NCBI GenBank assembly: GCA_038496445.1
Contig: JALMLS010000507.1
Coordinates: 186,001-250,000, forward strand
Length of the DNA: 64,000 nucleotides
DNA from: Trichosphaerium sp. ATCC 40318
Lineage: Eukaryota; Protista; Tubulinea
Reading direction: 5' to 3'
Both the position numbers and the translations under genes were made by a program. This document shows, one piece after another, positions 40,289 to 51,892 of the stretch. Each line of letters starts with the position of its first letter. Within the stretch, counting starts at the first letter, position 1. The notes beneath the pieces are model-generated. The model saw only the letters and a list, made by a program, of their open reading frames with translations, ran no database searches and had not been told where the DNA came from.

Positions 40289-41455
40289 CTATCTGTTACT
40301 GCGCCTATGTAGATATATTGTATGTACACTAGCCAATGCCTTGATACCATTATCTGTTATATTATTGCACCTACATAGATATATTTCGTGTACGCTAGCC
40401 AATGCCTTAATGCCATTATCTGTTATTTTATTGCACCTATGTAAATATATTGTGTGTACAGTAGCCAATGCCTTGATGCCATTATCTGTTATGGTATTGC
40501 ACCTATGTAAATATATTGTGTGTACAGTAGCCAACGCCTTGATACCACTATCTGTTATGTTATCAATACGCCACAGAGATATTGTGTGTACACCAGCCAA
40601 CACCTTTATACCATTATCTGTTATGTTATTGCACCTATCTAGATATATTGTATGTACACTAGCCAATGCCTTGATACCACTATCTGTTATGTTATTGCAC
40701 CTATCTAGATATACTGTATGTACACTAGCCAACGCCTTAATACCATTATCTGTTATGTTATTGCACCTATCTAGATATATTGTGTGTACAGTAGCCAATG
40801 CCTTAATACCATTATCTGTTATCTTATTGCACCTGTGCAGAGATATTGTGTGTACACCAGCCAATGCCTTTATACCATTATCTGTTATGTTATTTTCGTT
40901 CCAAAGCTTAATGGTATGAATGTTGTGCTTTTCAAAATGACAATGCAATGGTCCAAGCCATTTACAAACGATTTTAGTATGTTCGTCTGTGAGAGCTTTT
41001 AATGAAACATCTGATACATCTATAGCAGGTAAACCATTTGTATTTTGTTCCATTAGCAAATAAATGGCTTCATCGATATCTTTAGAGCAACCAGTCACTT
41101 TTGAAAGATCAATATTGCGAACACCTAAAAGGCAAGCAAAGTCATGCTTCGATATATCAATTGGAGTACTTGGTGCTCTAGGTTCACCGAATAAAATGGC
41201 TGTGTTTTTGAGTAGTGGACTTCCTTTTAAAACACGACAATCTGATGATTGTTTCAATCTGATGGAACAAACTCCAATACCATGGCGAATGATGTTATTA
41301 AAGCGGTGAGAAACTGTTGAAGCTTTTAAACGCTGTCTTTTGCTTAAACAACGTAGAATATCTGATAATATCTCTGGCGGTAGGTATGGCAGAGGTTCAT
41401 TGAGGTTATAGTATTCTTCTTGATTGGCAGCCACATTTTTTACTGGAGAGGCCAT
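40289..41455 (-). CDS. F-box + nine near-identical 22-aa LRRs, intronless
   Basis: LPYLPPEILSDIL...VSHRF F-box; repeats VHTIYLxRCNxITDNGIKALAx. The last repeat is out of frame. First in-frame ATG is at 41455. Confidence 0.9.
   Translation of the reverse strand: MASPVKNVAANQEEYYNLNEPLPYLPPEILSDILRCLSKRQRLKASTVSHRFNNIIRHGIGVCSIRLKQSSDCRVLKGSPLLKNTAILFGEPRAPSTPIDISKHDFACLLGVRNIDLSKVTGCSKDIDEAIYLLMEQNTNGLPAIDVSDVSLKALTDEHTKIVCKWLGPLHCHFEKHNIHTIKLWNENNITDNGIKALAGVHTISLHRCNKITDNGIKALATVHTIYLDRCNNITDNGIKALASVHTVYLDRCNNITDSGIKALASVHTIYLDRCNNITDNGIKVLAGVHTISLWRIDNITDSGIKALATVHTIYLHRCNTITDNGIKALATVHTIYLHRCNKITDNGIKALASVHEIYLCRCNNITDNGIKALASVHTIYLHRRSNR
40310..40925. repeat. 66-bp coding tandem repeat, about 9 copies
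   Basis: AGCCAATGCCTT.ATACCATTATCTGTTAT recurs every 66 bp. Confidence 0.95.
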
Positions 41456-41585
41456 AGTGTAATTTTGTGACAATTTAGCTAGAGTTCCGTCTAGTAGTCC
41501 AAAAAGATTGAAACTAGACAAAACCCAATGTACAATTTATCACGTTTTTATTTGAACAAGCTTTTTTTACTTCACTCAAGTTCAT

Positions 41586-44500
41586 TTACTCACTTAACTG
41601 TTTCATGAACTTATCCAATATTTCTTGTTCTTCTGTTAAAGTAAAGTCCAAATGAGCGTAAGCTCCACCTCCCATGTTACGTATCAAATCACTTTCTTCC
41701 ATGGCATAGTCCTTAATTGATATCAATACGGCTTAAAGTGTAAAAAAATTAGCATACCTCTTCCTTTACATCTTCTTCGTTGTCATCAGTTTCCATCGCA
41801 TCTACATCTTTATCTTCAGTTTCTCCATCTTCAATAGTATCAGTTTGAGGTATTTCAATATCCATAGCTATATTTCCAGCAAGTAGATCTTCAACAGCAA
41901 GTTGTATATTGCCACTAAAAAATAAAGTTAACAAAGCAAGACTGAAAGAACATTTGGTAATTGGTACCTTCTAAAAATAAGCTGCTTTTTTGCAAGCTCT
42001 TCTGTGAAACCCATGCCAACGACTTGTGCTACATCTTCATCGTTTAATGTATATGTTGATTGAGCAGCAATAGCAGCATGAAGAAGTTGTGGGTTATTTG
42101 ATAAAACATCAAGCGCAGCAGCAAGCGCATTGTCAGTTTGTTTCAAAGCTTCAGCGGCTAACCTAGCTTCGAATCCCATTTTAACAAGCTCTAAGAAAGC
42201 ATTAACAATACCAGCATAAAGGCGCCAAAAGGCGTGAAACACGTGATTTTTAAGGTTGTTTCAAAAAGCACAAACCTGAGTGAATTTGAGTGTTTATCCA
42301 TCCTCCGTTCTTTGTTTTACCCCATTGTCTAGATTGTTTTCGTTCATCCATACGTGCTTTTTCCTACGAGGAACCATAGTTAGATCAATAGATATAAGCA
42401 AATTCTGTCTGGTGTTGGAATTCTGGAAAGTTTTGTGTAGCGATGTATTTTTGTTGAATGAAATAGTAATTAGGTACCTCTCGCCTTGCAGCAGCTAGCT
42501 TTTCTCTCTCGTTGAATAACCATTGAACTGCTGCAGTTGAGTTTTTACTAGAAGCACGAAGTCCTATACGGCATTCAGTAGTAGAGAAACCCATCTCAAG
42601 AAGTGGTCTCATATCTTCATCAGTAACAACCATGTCTAAAAAAAGTACTTAATGATTTCCTTACGCTATAGTTATTGTTTACTGTTTAAATGTCCTTTAG
42701 CCTTATCAAAGAATACTTTGGCTTCTTGTTTACTTCCACTGTATAACTTCAAGATGCCTTGTAGAAGATAAAGTCTAATCTATGGAGAAAAATGTCAACA
42801 GAAAAAAAAAACAGGAAGTATTGGGCTTTCGCCACATGGCTTTCGAACCAAATTTATCCGATAAATGAAAAATCACAGAAAGCCGTACATAAATCACAAA
42901 CTCTGGGCAAGCACCACCCTAAAAATAAGGTTAGTACTAAACCATTAATTGCTTGACAGCAAATAAACGCAGGAAAAATCAACATATTTCTAGCTCCGAG
43001 ATATATTCCATTATTGGTGCCCCATCAAAGCTAAACTTACTTTAAGAGCAATAAGCCTTTCTTGGTTTATTCCGTGGGATTTCTGTAGACAAGCTTTTGC
43101 TCTTGAAAGACGCCATGCGCCATCTTTTAAGTACTGCATTTTTTGTAGTTTGAAATAAATCCATGCGATATCTAAAAGAGTCAATAAATCACTAGTAACT
43201 CTGTATAAAATTACTAGTTATTTACCTAAACACAATAACCCATAGTTATCTATACTATCAATGATTTCTGCTGAACATTTTTGAAAAAGCTACAAAAGAA
43301 GAATGTCAGATGGCGGTTAAAGAAAATAGTAGCAGCACTGTAAAAATGTAACTTTCAGAAATATATTTATGGCGTACTTTGTCTGCCCGTAAGCAACAAT
43401 CAAGGGCTACAGATATATTTCCTTGATCTAATTCAGTTCTACCTTTTGTATGCAGTGCCATTGCAGTAACCAAAGCCTTAAACGAAGTCAGAAAGAAACA
43501 AGAAACAACAAAAACATAGATCAAAAACACATCTAAAGCCGGCCGTTCAGTAAATTTACTTGAACAGCTAGAGACTCTGCTTGCGACGTTTTAGGTGTCA
43601 TGGTAGTTTATCTAAACGAATAAAATGCGAAAAGGTCTGTACCTTTCTCTCTTCCTCAGGTATGTTTATTTTCGTGCCATCTATAAAAGGAACCCGTTAA
43701 TAGAATCTGTAAACCCGTTTCAGTTCGCTCAAGTACCTTGATTTGTAAGCTCTACATAATAGTTCTCATTATAATCATCTCCACCATCTACTCTGGAAGC
43801 CTAGAAACCGGTTTTTCCGTTAATCGTTTAAACTCCCTCGCCGTAACAAAAAATTTCCTCGCCGTAACAAAATTTTAACTTCAATTCTGGACCTAAAATA
43901 TCTTTAAATAATCTGAATTTTTTACAGGTCGTAGACATTATGTTTATCTTGTTATTCTGGATTAGATAGCCACATAGGTGTTTTTGGTGATGTTCTACGG
44001 AATGTACAATAAAAGTATCAACTTTTTCTTTGCCATATGTTTTTGATGTATGTGATAGGGCACAGTATAAATTGTTATGCTTTTATTATATCTAACGTAG
44101 TATTGACTAGGTCCAAGGGCTCAACTAGCAAAAAATAGTTCATTGCATGAAATGAAGGGTCTTTCAACGAATGTTCCAAAAAAAATAAAGAAACAGCATT
44201 TCAAAGGCATGCTAGCACAATACACTCTTGAATTTTTTATACTGCCTACGCAATACAGAGTTGGTTATACAAACGCTTTTAATAGGCATGTACTGCACAA
44301 GGTAACCCAAAAATTGTTTGATGAACACTTTATCTTTTCTACTCTTTAAACGCTTTTGTAGAGCAATGCAAATGAGTTACGTCTAGTATTTGGTACTTTA
44401 CAGCGTCTATATATGCATGTGCATGTACACAAAACATTAAATGCATGTAAAGAATATACAGAGACTGAATTATGTATGACAATGCATTGAATCCATGAAA

Positions 44501-46446
44501 AATGAGCATTTTCAAATATTATTGATTAATCCTTTGGATTCAGTGAAAAGTGTCCATTTCTGAGCTGTTTCATTTGCCAGCTATGTTTTCTTTGTACACA
44601 TCAAACGACAGCAAATTGTAAATATATCATAAGCATGTACACATGTAGTATTAATAGTTAAATTTATTGGTTTTCTGAATATACAGCTAAATTAATCATG
44701 TTGATCGCCAAGTTCTCTTATCTTCAAAAAGTTAATTTTTTTCCCTGTAGCATTGTAATCTATGATAGCTTTCAAGTTAGATAATGTTAATTGTCTTATG
44801 ATTCTTAGATAGCACTACTGTAACTCCACCCTTTTTAGCTCCTTTTGCATATTCAACAACCCAGTTTAGAAAGTCAGAATCCATAAACCTGGCATCAAGT
44901 ACTGCTTGTGGTTTGAATGGATAGTGCTTTTCAAACCTAGCTAATAAAATCTTAGCAGCATCTAATGGTTTAATCACTGCCACATGTTTAGCATCTCTCC
45001 AATGTGGTACCAATCCGAGTAAGTATGGACATTGTTTATCTTTGTGTGAATAAACAGCCATTCCATATACCATTAATCCATCTGGATTTGGCTTACCCGG
45101 AAATATGAACTGTATTTGTATCTTTTTTAGACCACACCAACATTGTTTCATCAATGGCAATGTACTCTCCTGCAAGCCAAGCCTCCATACATGCATCTGA
45201 TACCAATTCACACAAATGATGTACATCAGTGCTGATACTTTGATTCAAAATATTCCATCACAGTGGACTCAAAAAGTCCAGATTACAGTATTTGCTGTTT
45301 GTACTCATTTGAGCTAAAAACCCTTCATAACTAATAGAAGCTAGTACTGTTAATGAAAGAATTTTTTGCTCTTGTTGCATACCAGAAGTTTGGTCTCGTA
45401 ACCATTGTGTGCCAAAATAACGTAAAATTTCACTAAGTTTAATTTCAACGCCCCACATTTGATTCTTTTTTTTGTTAGCTAGGATTTCACGCTTTTGGTT
45501 GGTAGCTATCCGAATGTGGTCCCATATGTGTATTGGTATCAATTGGGAGTACACTTGCCCAGCTGTACCCATACCTCGTTGAAACACTCCAAGATTAGGC
45601 TGAGACACTTGCTCTTCATGTGGCAATGAAATTGTTTCATTTTTAAGCACAGTCCATCCCTCGCTTTTAATTTCATTTACGCATCGTTCAAATCCACCCA
45701 ATACCCATTTTTAGAACTGTCGCTTTGTTTCCGCTTCCGTTTCCGTTGATTTTTTCTTCGAGCTGCTTCTATTTGGTTGTTGTGGGCTTTTACGTTATCA
45801 CGCAGCGTTTGCTTCATCAGCTAGTGCTATTTAGAGTGTTATTGCTTAACCATATTTCAAAAACTACACAAGTTGCTTAAACATAAATTTTATTACTCGG
45901 AGTAGATATTAAACAGTGCGCTCATACATCTTAGCCATGTAATATGGCATTTGGTACAAAAGTGTTACGGCGAGGAAATTTTTTGTTACGGCGAGGGAGT
46001 TAAATGAAAAAAAATGGCGTACCAGGTTTTCTGCTGCTTTTTGAACCTTTTCTGCGCTTGTTTTATCTGATTCTATTTTGTTTTGATCGTCGTGCGTTTT
46101 TTTAGCGCTTTTCATCACAAGCAACCTTGAATTTGGTTTTATACGTTGAGAGCTAAGAGGCACATCGTTTTTAAGTATTCTACACATAAACGGATTAAAA
46201 TTTGTTAAACGGTTTTTAAATTGCTGGTGCTCACTTTCCGACGCATAGAACCTTCATTTCGTCTACTGGTAAGTTTGTTACGCCGCTCAGTACTTGTTTA
46301 AGCTCTAAGCCCCTAAAAGACGCTCATTAACGTTAATTTATACTACATTGCTGTACGCACGATATTTCTAAGGACGTCACAGTTATTTTACCAGAGAATC
46401 CAGTTGCGCCAGTCTGTCTTACGTTCAATGATATCGAAGGCTCCAT
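41586..46446 (-). CDS. NUB1: NEDD8 ultimate buster 1 (UBL + helical core + UBA domains)
   Basis: UBL (MKVLCVGK|ILKND), IPEEERK|ALVTAMALHTKG, DSIDNYGLLCL|DIAWIYF, KSHGINQERL, RLYLLQGI, and three UBA-like MGF repeats. Confidence 0.9.
43832..46000 (-). mobile_element. piggyBac-family DNA transposon (2.17 kb) inside NUB1 intron 43801-46022
   Basis: Perfect 38-bp TIRs ACTCCCTCGCCGTAACAAAAAATTTCCTCGCCGTAACA (43832-43869 and 45963-46000); TTAA at 43828-43831 and 46000-46003; internal transposase remnants. Confidence 0.9.
44000..45800 (-). pseudogene. piggyBac (DDE_Tnp_1_7-like) transposase, frameshifted
   Basis: IWDHIRIATN...W..IKLSEILRYFG; YIAIDETMLVW...HI/PGKPNPDG (frameshift near 45100); AVLDARF. 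These match the piggyBac IDE, KP.k.G and DnfF motifs. Ends approximate. Confidence 0.8.
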
Positions 46447-47062
46447 AGTGGCTACAGTTACTGACTTTTAATCGAAAAGCATAGTCTTTTTGTTTTCTGT
46501 TCACAGAACGTAAACTGCTTGGCGCAACTTGTTCTATCGAAAAATTTTGGACATTACTAGGTAAAGGGGTGAGCTCTTTAAAGAATCACGGATTAGGCAC
46601 AATGCTAGTCTGGATGGTATTTATGGCAGCAAATGTCAAACAGAATTAAGCATTGTGCACCCAAAGCAATGGCCTCAGCTTTTGTACACTTTGTATACAC
46701 CAATTCTAAAGGCTCCTATGTACTCAATATGAGCAAGAACACCGTCGTTTGGATCCTGGCGTACTTGATGGAGTACAAGGCAGGGACAATCAGAGGATTT
46801 GTAGTATTTCTTTGTAATCTAAAATAGTGAAGAGGGAGGCAAGGCTCGCTTGAAAAAAAAAAGGACAGAAAGTCACGTGCGTGTTTTAAAAAGTACGCTT
46901 AACGTTAAAATAGAATAGTTTACAGTCAAACCTTGCAACGCTTTCGTCACCCTATCTTCGCCTAAGATTGTATTACTAATTCACGTTGTGTCAATTTGTG
47001 GTTTAGCCATGAAAAGGCTTCTGTGAAGCGAAACCATTAGTTATTGCTATTAAAATACTAAC

Positions 47063-47679
47063 ATGAAGTACACACTAAAAGGATATAACAAAACAAAGTA
47101 CACCCTAACTTTAGCACCAGCAGCAAAAGAATTTCATTTTCACTTGTTTGAAGACGAATGGGACGATTGGCCATACCCTCACTCTATGGAATACGATATA
47201 AAAGGCAGTTTTACTCAAGATAATAACGTTTTCAATTGTACAGTTACTAGCGTCTTCTATACTACGAAAATAGAAGATGACTTAGATCTACGTACGCGTA
47301 CAGCGCGATACGAAGTAAAAGAGGTACGCACAGTTACTTACCAGCTAGTTACAGCATCTAAGCTCAAACATAGCTATCAGAAGCGTCTCTAAAGGGTTTA
47401 ACGAATATCCTGGGTGATGGAACTAAAGTTAAAATTACGAGTACCACCGTTCTTAACTGGATACCTTTCACATACTCCAAAAAGCTTACAGCAAATGTTT
47501 TGAAAGGAAGCCTATCATTTCAACTGGAACCTTTTATAGAAGAGAAATTACAAAAAATGAGAATCAAGTTCTCAAGGTTCCCTAAGCTTTGGTCAAAGAC
47601 ACAAGACGGTCTCGACATGTCCCATGGGTTGGAAGTGGATACCGTTGAGTTAAGAAAAGAAGGTCAATCCAAGATTTGA
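47063..47679 (+). CDS. Hypothetical protein (2 exons)
   Basis: 109-aa ORF joined over a GTACGC...AAAG intron to GLTNILGDG...QSKI*; AATAAA near 47694. Confidence 0.6.
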
Positions 47680-47858
47680 TCAATTTGTAAAATAATAAAA
47701 GAGTTGTGATCAGCAGTTGTAAGATCTGAAGAACAGTAGTGGTAAGGGCACAGTAACGCCGTTGAGAAGGTAAAATGAGGTAGTAAAGAGGGTAACATTG
47801 CAATGCAAGCGCGATAGCTTTTCTTTTAGATCTTTGGCTGACATTTTCGGGATTTGAA

Positions 47859-50800
47859 GGAGGGACAGAAAAATCCCTGGAAAATAACGAAAAATCCACA
47901 CCCTGGGATTTTTCGTTAATTGCTTGTAGTTTTGTCGGTAGTTAACTGTACTGTAATTAGTCCACGCAAGTCTGAAATGCGCTATTATTCCATTGTTTTG
48001 AGCGTATTATCAAGCGCTGCTGTAATATATAGTTATTAACAGTAGCGTACATTTAACTCCCAATGGTAGTTGGCCGTAATTTTGTTTAACGAGTAACGTA
48101 CACGTTTTTATGTAAAATTACGAGCATCAAAGGGGAATATTGGGAATATCACAAATTATGTTGTTAAAAAAGAGGCAAGCTAAAAATGACAATTTGTCAT
48201 ATTTTTCAAACTCAATTTTTTTTTTTTTAAATGCCTACGCTATCTCTGTGCGTAGAAAACGCCTCTGACCATAGTTTTAAAAAAAAACTGGTTTTTCCAA
48301 ATTTTTTTTTGTTTGGTTTTGTCGCTTGGTCTTTGCTTGGCCTAAAATATGTTAAGAACATGTTCTAGACCTTCTTTGTTTCCCCGCCTTTTTGCTGTTT
48401 TCCCAATTTTTTTTTTTGACAGGTGCGGCACTGTGCCTCTTACCAAACAGGAAAGAGTACGCAATTCATATTTACATTACATACCGAGAGCTTTGGCAGT
48501 TGTTTAAGAATTTGGGGTTGGCACAAAAATCACTTTTCTTGAAATACAAAGTTCCGCTTATTAGCACGCATTTTTAGTGTATTGTACTCTCCTAGATTTA
48601 AGACTTGACGCTAACACAAAAACTACCTTTTTTTGTTTGGTCCTTTTTCTGTGTTTAAACACGATTGCACGTGTAACACTTTTACTGTTGATACCCCCAA
48701 CTTAAATTGTATGGTATGCTGTTACATGTTTGGCATGTCAAGTTTGTTTGAGACAAAAAAACAAATTATTTCATTTTATTGTTTGAAATACATTTGCGCT
48801 TTGTGTGTAAGTTTACGGGTTCGTGTTGGTTTGACATCACCGTTGGCTATGCCTTTGTATAATTCAGTTTCAGAACGTTGAAAGCCATGTTCTAATACAG
48901 GTAAGTAAAACAAAAACAAATTGTTAAATCAAAAAAAAGTACTAACCTTGCCAAGTTACGCGAAAAGCTGAAACAGTTGGTAAGTCATGAGGTAGCACTG
49001 CAGGTGGCAGAACACTAGGCACCACTACATTAGGAGTTGGAGAAAGTGCAAATGTTTGAGTTGGACTTGGTAAACCTTCAATTGGTTGAAAATTGTTAGA
49101 AAGAAATGATAAAGACATTGGAGATAATGGTGGTGAGGAGGCTGTGCTTGCTGACAATGCCATGGGAGATGCTGGTTGTAATGTAAGTGATGCCATTGGT
49201 GATGAAGCAGCACTTGAAGGAAATGAAACAGGAGATGATGGAGGTAATGTATCCGACTGAACCACTGGAGAAAATGTAAATAGCAGAGGAGAGTTTGATG
49301 CAGATGTCATGGAGGAGAGAGGCGATGAAGGTGGTGAGAGTGAAGGAGATGGTAGCAGAGATTGATTTGTGTGCAGTGATGGAGCAGCATGGCATGACGG
49401 CAATGGAGGTGCGTTTGGTTCAAAAGTTTGATCTTTACCTTTTTTACCTCTTTTGTTACCTTTACCTCGTTTACGTTTCTCAGCGTCATTGCTTCTAGCT
49501 GTTGCTTTATCAAGCTCAGGTATACCAGGTATGTTGTCTGTAACAATAGTTAGGAGCATTACAAAAAAGCTTTGCTTACTGGTTAAGTTGTAGAGTTCAT
49601 TCTCTTCCAAGATTGTTTCAGCTGTAAAGTTTTCCTCAAACAGCTGAACAGCGATAATGTGTTTACACTCTGTACCATAGCTTTGGTAGTAAGGACAGTT
49701 ACAGATGCCATCTGGTACTTCAATCGAGTACCATTTATTTGGTGTGGCTTGTGATAGACAGTCATATACCCTGTGTGTGTGATCTGACAAATCAATAGCT
49801 ACTACATGACCCTACAAAAAAAATAAGTTTTGCATCTTTTAGAACTAAAATGGCGTACATTTGCTGCAAGCTCTTGAGCGTTTGAATATCTTTTCTCATT
49901 GGTATACTTTGCTTTTGTTTTTTTAATGTGCGAGCCACCTGTTAACTGTATTTCATTGTAGGTTTCCCAATGGTTATCTAAAATGGCTGGAAACACTTTC
50001 ATACAACGGGCAATGGTATAGCGGTGTTGTTTAAAACCTCAAACAAATCAGCGAAAAGAGAGAAAAACTCAAGAGGTACGCACCATAAACTGTCATTATT
50101 TGTTTCCACTGTGTTTCAACCTTGTTGTTAGTGTTATACAGTCCTTTGCGATTAGGGCGCCCAAAATCTGTCCAAGTGCTTCGCCATCTCTCTGAAAACC
50201 TAAAAAGTCAGTTGTGTTGTGAAAACGAGCAATCGTACCAATTTCGCTTGAAATACAAGTATAATTCATTCGCTGGTTCTAAAGTTTCTTTTTTCCCTTT
50301 GGTACCTGAAATTACATCTTTCTTTTCTTTCCAAACAGTTGTCCTTGCTTTGCACCATTCTTTAAAACTTTGTTCAAGCGTGGTCAAGTTTTCGTCTGAT
50401 CTAGCACGCTCAAGTATACGGAGCTGGTCTGTTATTTCTTGACTACACCAGTGTTATTGGAGTACATAGAAAGGTACACGCACTATAGTTTTGAGTCAGA
50501 GTCGCTTTTGAACGTAGTTCGCACATATTGGCCTATTGTGCGGCGATAATGAAAGGTACATAACAAATAACGTAACCCGACACTAACAAGGGCTGCTTGT
50601 TCTGCATTATCTTTGTCAATCATAACGTACGGGTTCCAAACGCGATTTTTAGCTATAACAATGAACGTGTTAGCAATAAAGTTCCTTTATTTACGTACTG
50701 TTCAATTTTGCTTTTATTGCTGATAAAAAGCACTCTATGTTTTCAGCTTTGCTGCTTGATGCAATAGCCAATGCACAAAGTAAACCTCGCTTGGTTTTTG

Positions 50801-51847
50801 GCTCTTCACATACGATTCCCCAGATAGGAAATGAATAAGCGTTAAATTTATACACGCTATCAAGTCCAATGATGTCACTGCCATGTTGTTGTAAAAGCTT
50901 CAATGATTTTGGAGTGGTGAACACTGCTACAAAGTTGCTTTTTTCGTTGGTTGGCATGTGCGCTGCAATTCTTGGATACAAAATGTATGGTTTGATAGTT
51001 GGGTCATTTAGAGTAGTTCGTATTTCATCGATAATGCTTGTTGTCCTAGTTAAAGGGTAAATGTTAATAAAACAATAAAGATACTTACGGTTTTATTGCA
51101 CGATTCTCTCGCTGCCAATCACTAACTTGACGTGTTGGTAGGATCCACTGTTTAAGGGTTGGGTTTTGAATTAATTTGTTTTGTTGTAGTTGCCGTATGA
51201 TTTGTACTCTAGTGTTGTTTAAAAACTGCCCTGGTGATGCACGTCCATATCTCCTCGTTGTTCCAAATTCATCCTCTAAATTAAATTGTTTACGTACCTA
51301 GCGTTTATTTAGTGAGAGTATACTTTCGAGAGTGCGCACTAAGTATACGTAATATTCTTTTGATATATTTTGTTTGGCTTTAAAGGAAGTATTGTGATTC
51401 CCATTCAAGGTGACGTGCGCTGTAGTTAAATCCGTGAGGTAAATCACCCAAGTTAGTTCGCAAGTACAATTATCACAGCTTTTGCACTCTAAAACTTCTG
51501 AACAGAGTTTACCTCGTGAACCATTTCTATCGGCAGGTATTTTAAAATGCTGTATTGCATCTAAACCGGCAAACCGCGGATTTGAAAACTTGCTTCCTCC
51601 TAGCACTCCTTTGCATTTTTTGATGCCTCCGCCACATCGTAATCCCTGCACTTTTTTACCTTTTTTTTTGCACAACCAGAGACCATTGAACGCTGTGTGC
51701 TCACTGCTGAACTCATGTACTAGCGCTGGCAACTTGGCTACTGGTATAACCAACTGCATTGAAACTAGGGGAGAACCAATACTCAAACAACGAAAAATCC
51801 CGACCTTGGGAATTTTCGCTATTTTCCGGGGATTTTTCTGTCTCTCC
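47859..51847 (-). mobile_element. Mutator-like element (MULE), 3989 bp, complete
   Basis: 59-bp TIRs (47859-47917 and 51789-51847, 49/59 identical, starting GGAG); exact 9-bp TSD GGATTTGAA at 47850-47858 and 51848-51856. Confidence 0.95.
48365..51759 (-). CDS. MULE transposase with SWIM zinc finger, multi-intron, apparently open
   Basis: IIGLDSVYKFN (D1), VMIDKD...LCTFH (D2 and CxxH), TNNKVE (E), SWIM CNCPYY...CKHIIAV, Ser/Pro-rich tail. The exons splice in frame through the core; the 3' end is approximate. Confidence 0.88.
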
Positions 51848-51892
51848 GGATTTGAAAGAAAAACTGACTGATTTTGAAAAAAACAAATAAAG

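Noticed and set aside
40341-40919. Long antisense repetitive ORF; the 66-bp array as a CRISPR
   Set aside because: It is the shadow of the LRR coding repeat. There are no unique spacers or cas genes, and the context is eukaryotic.
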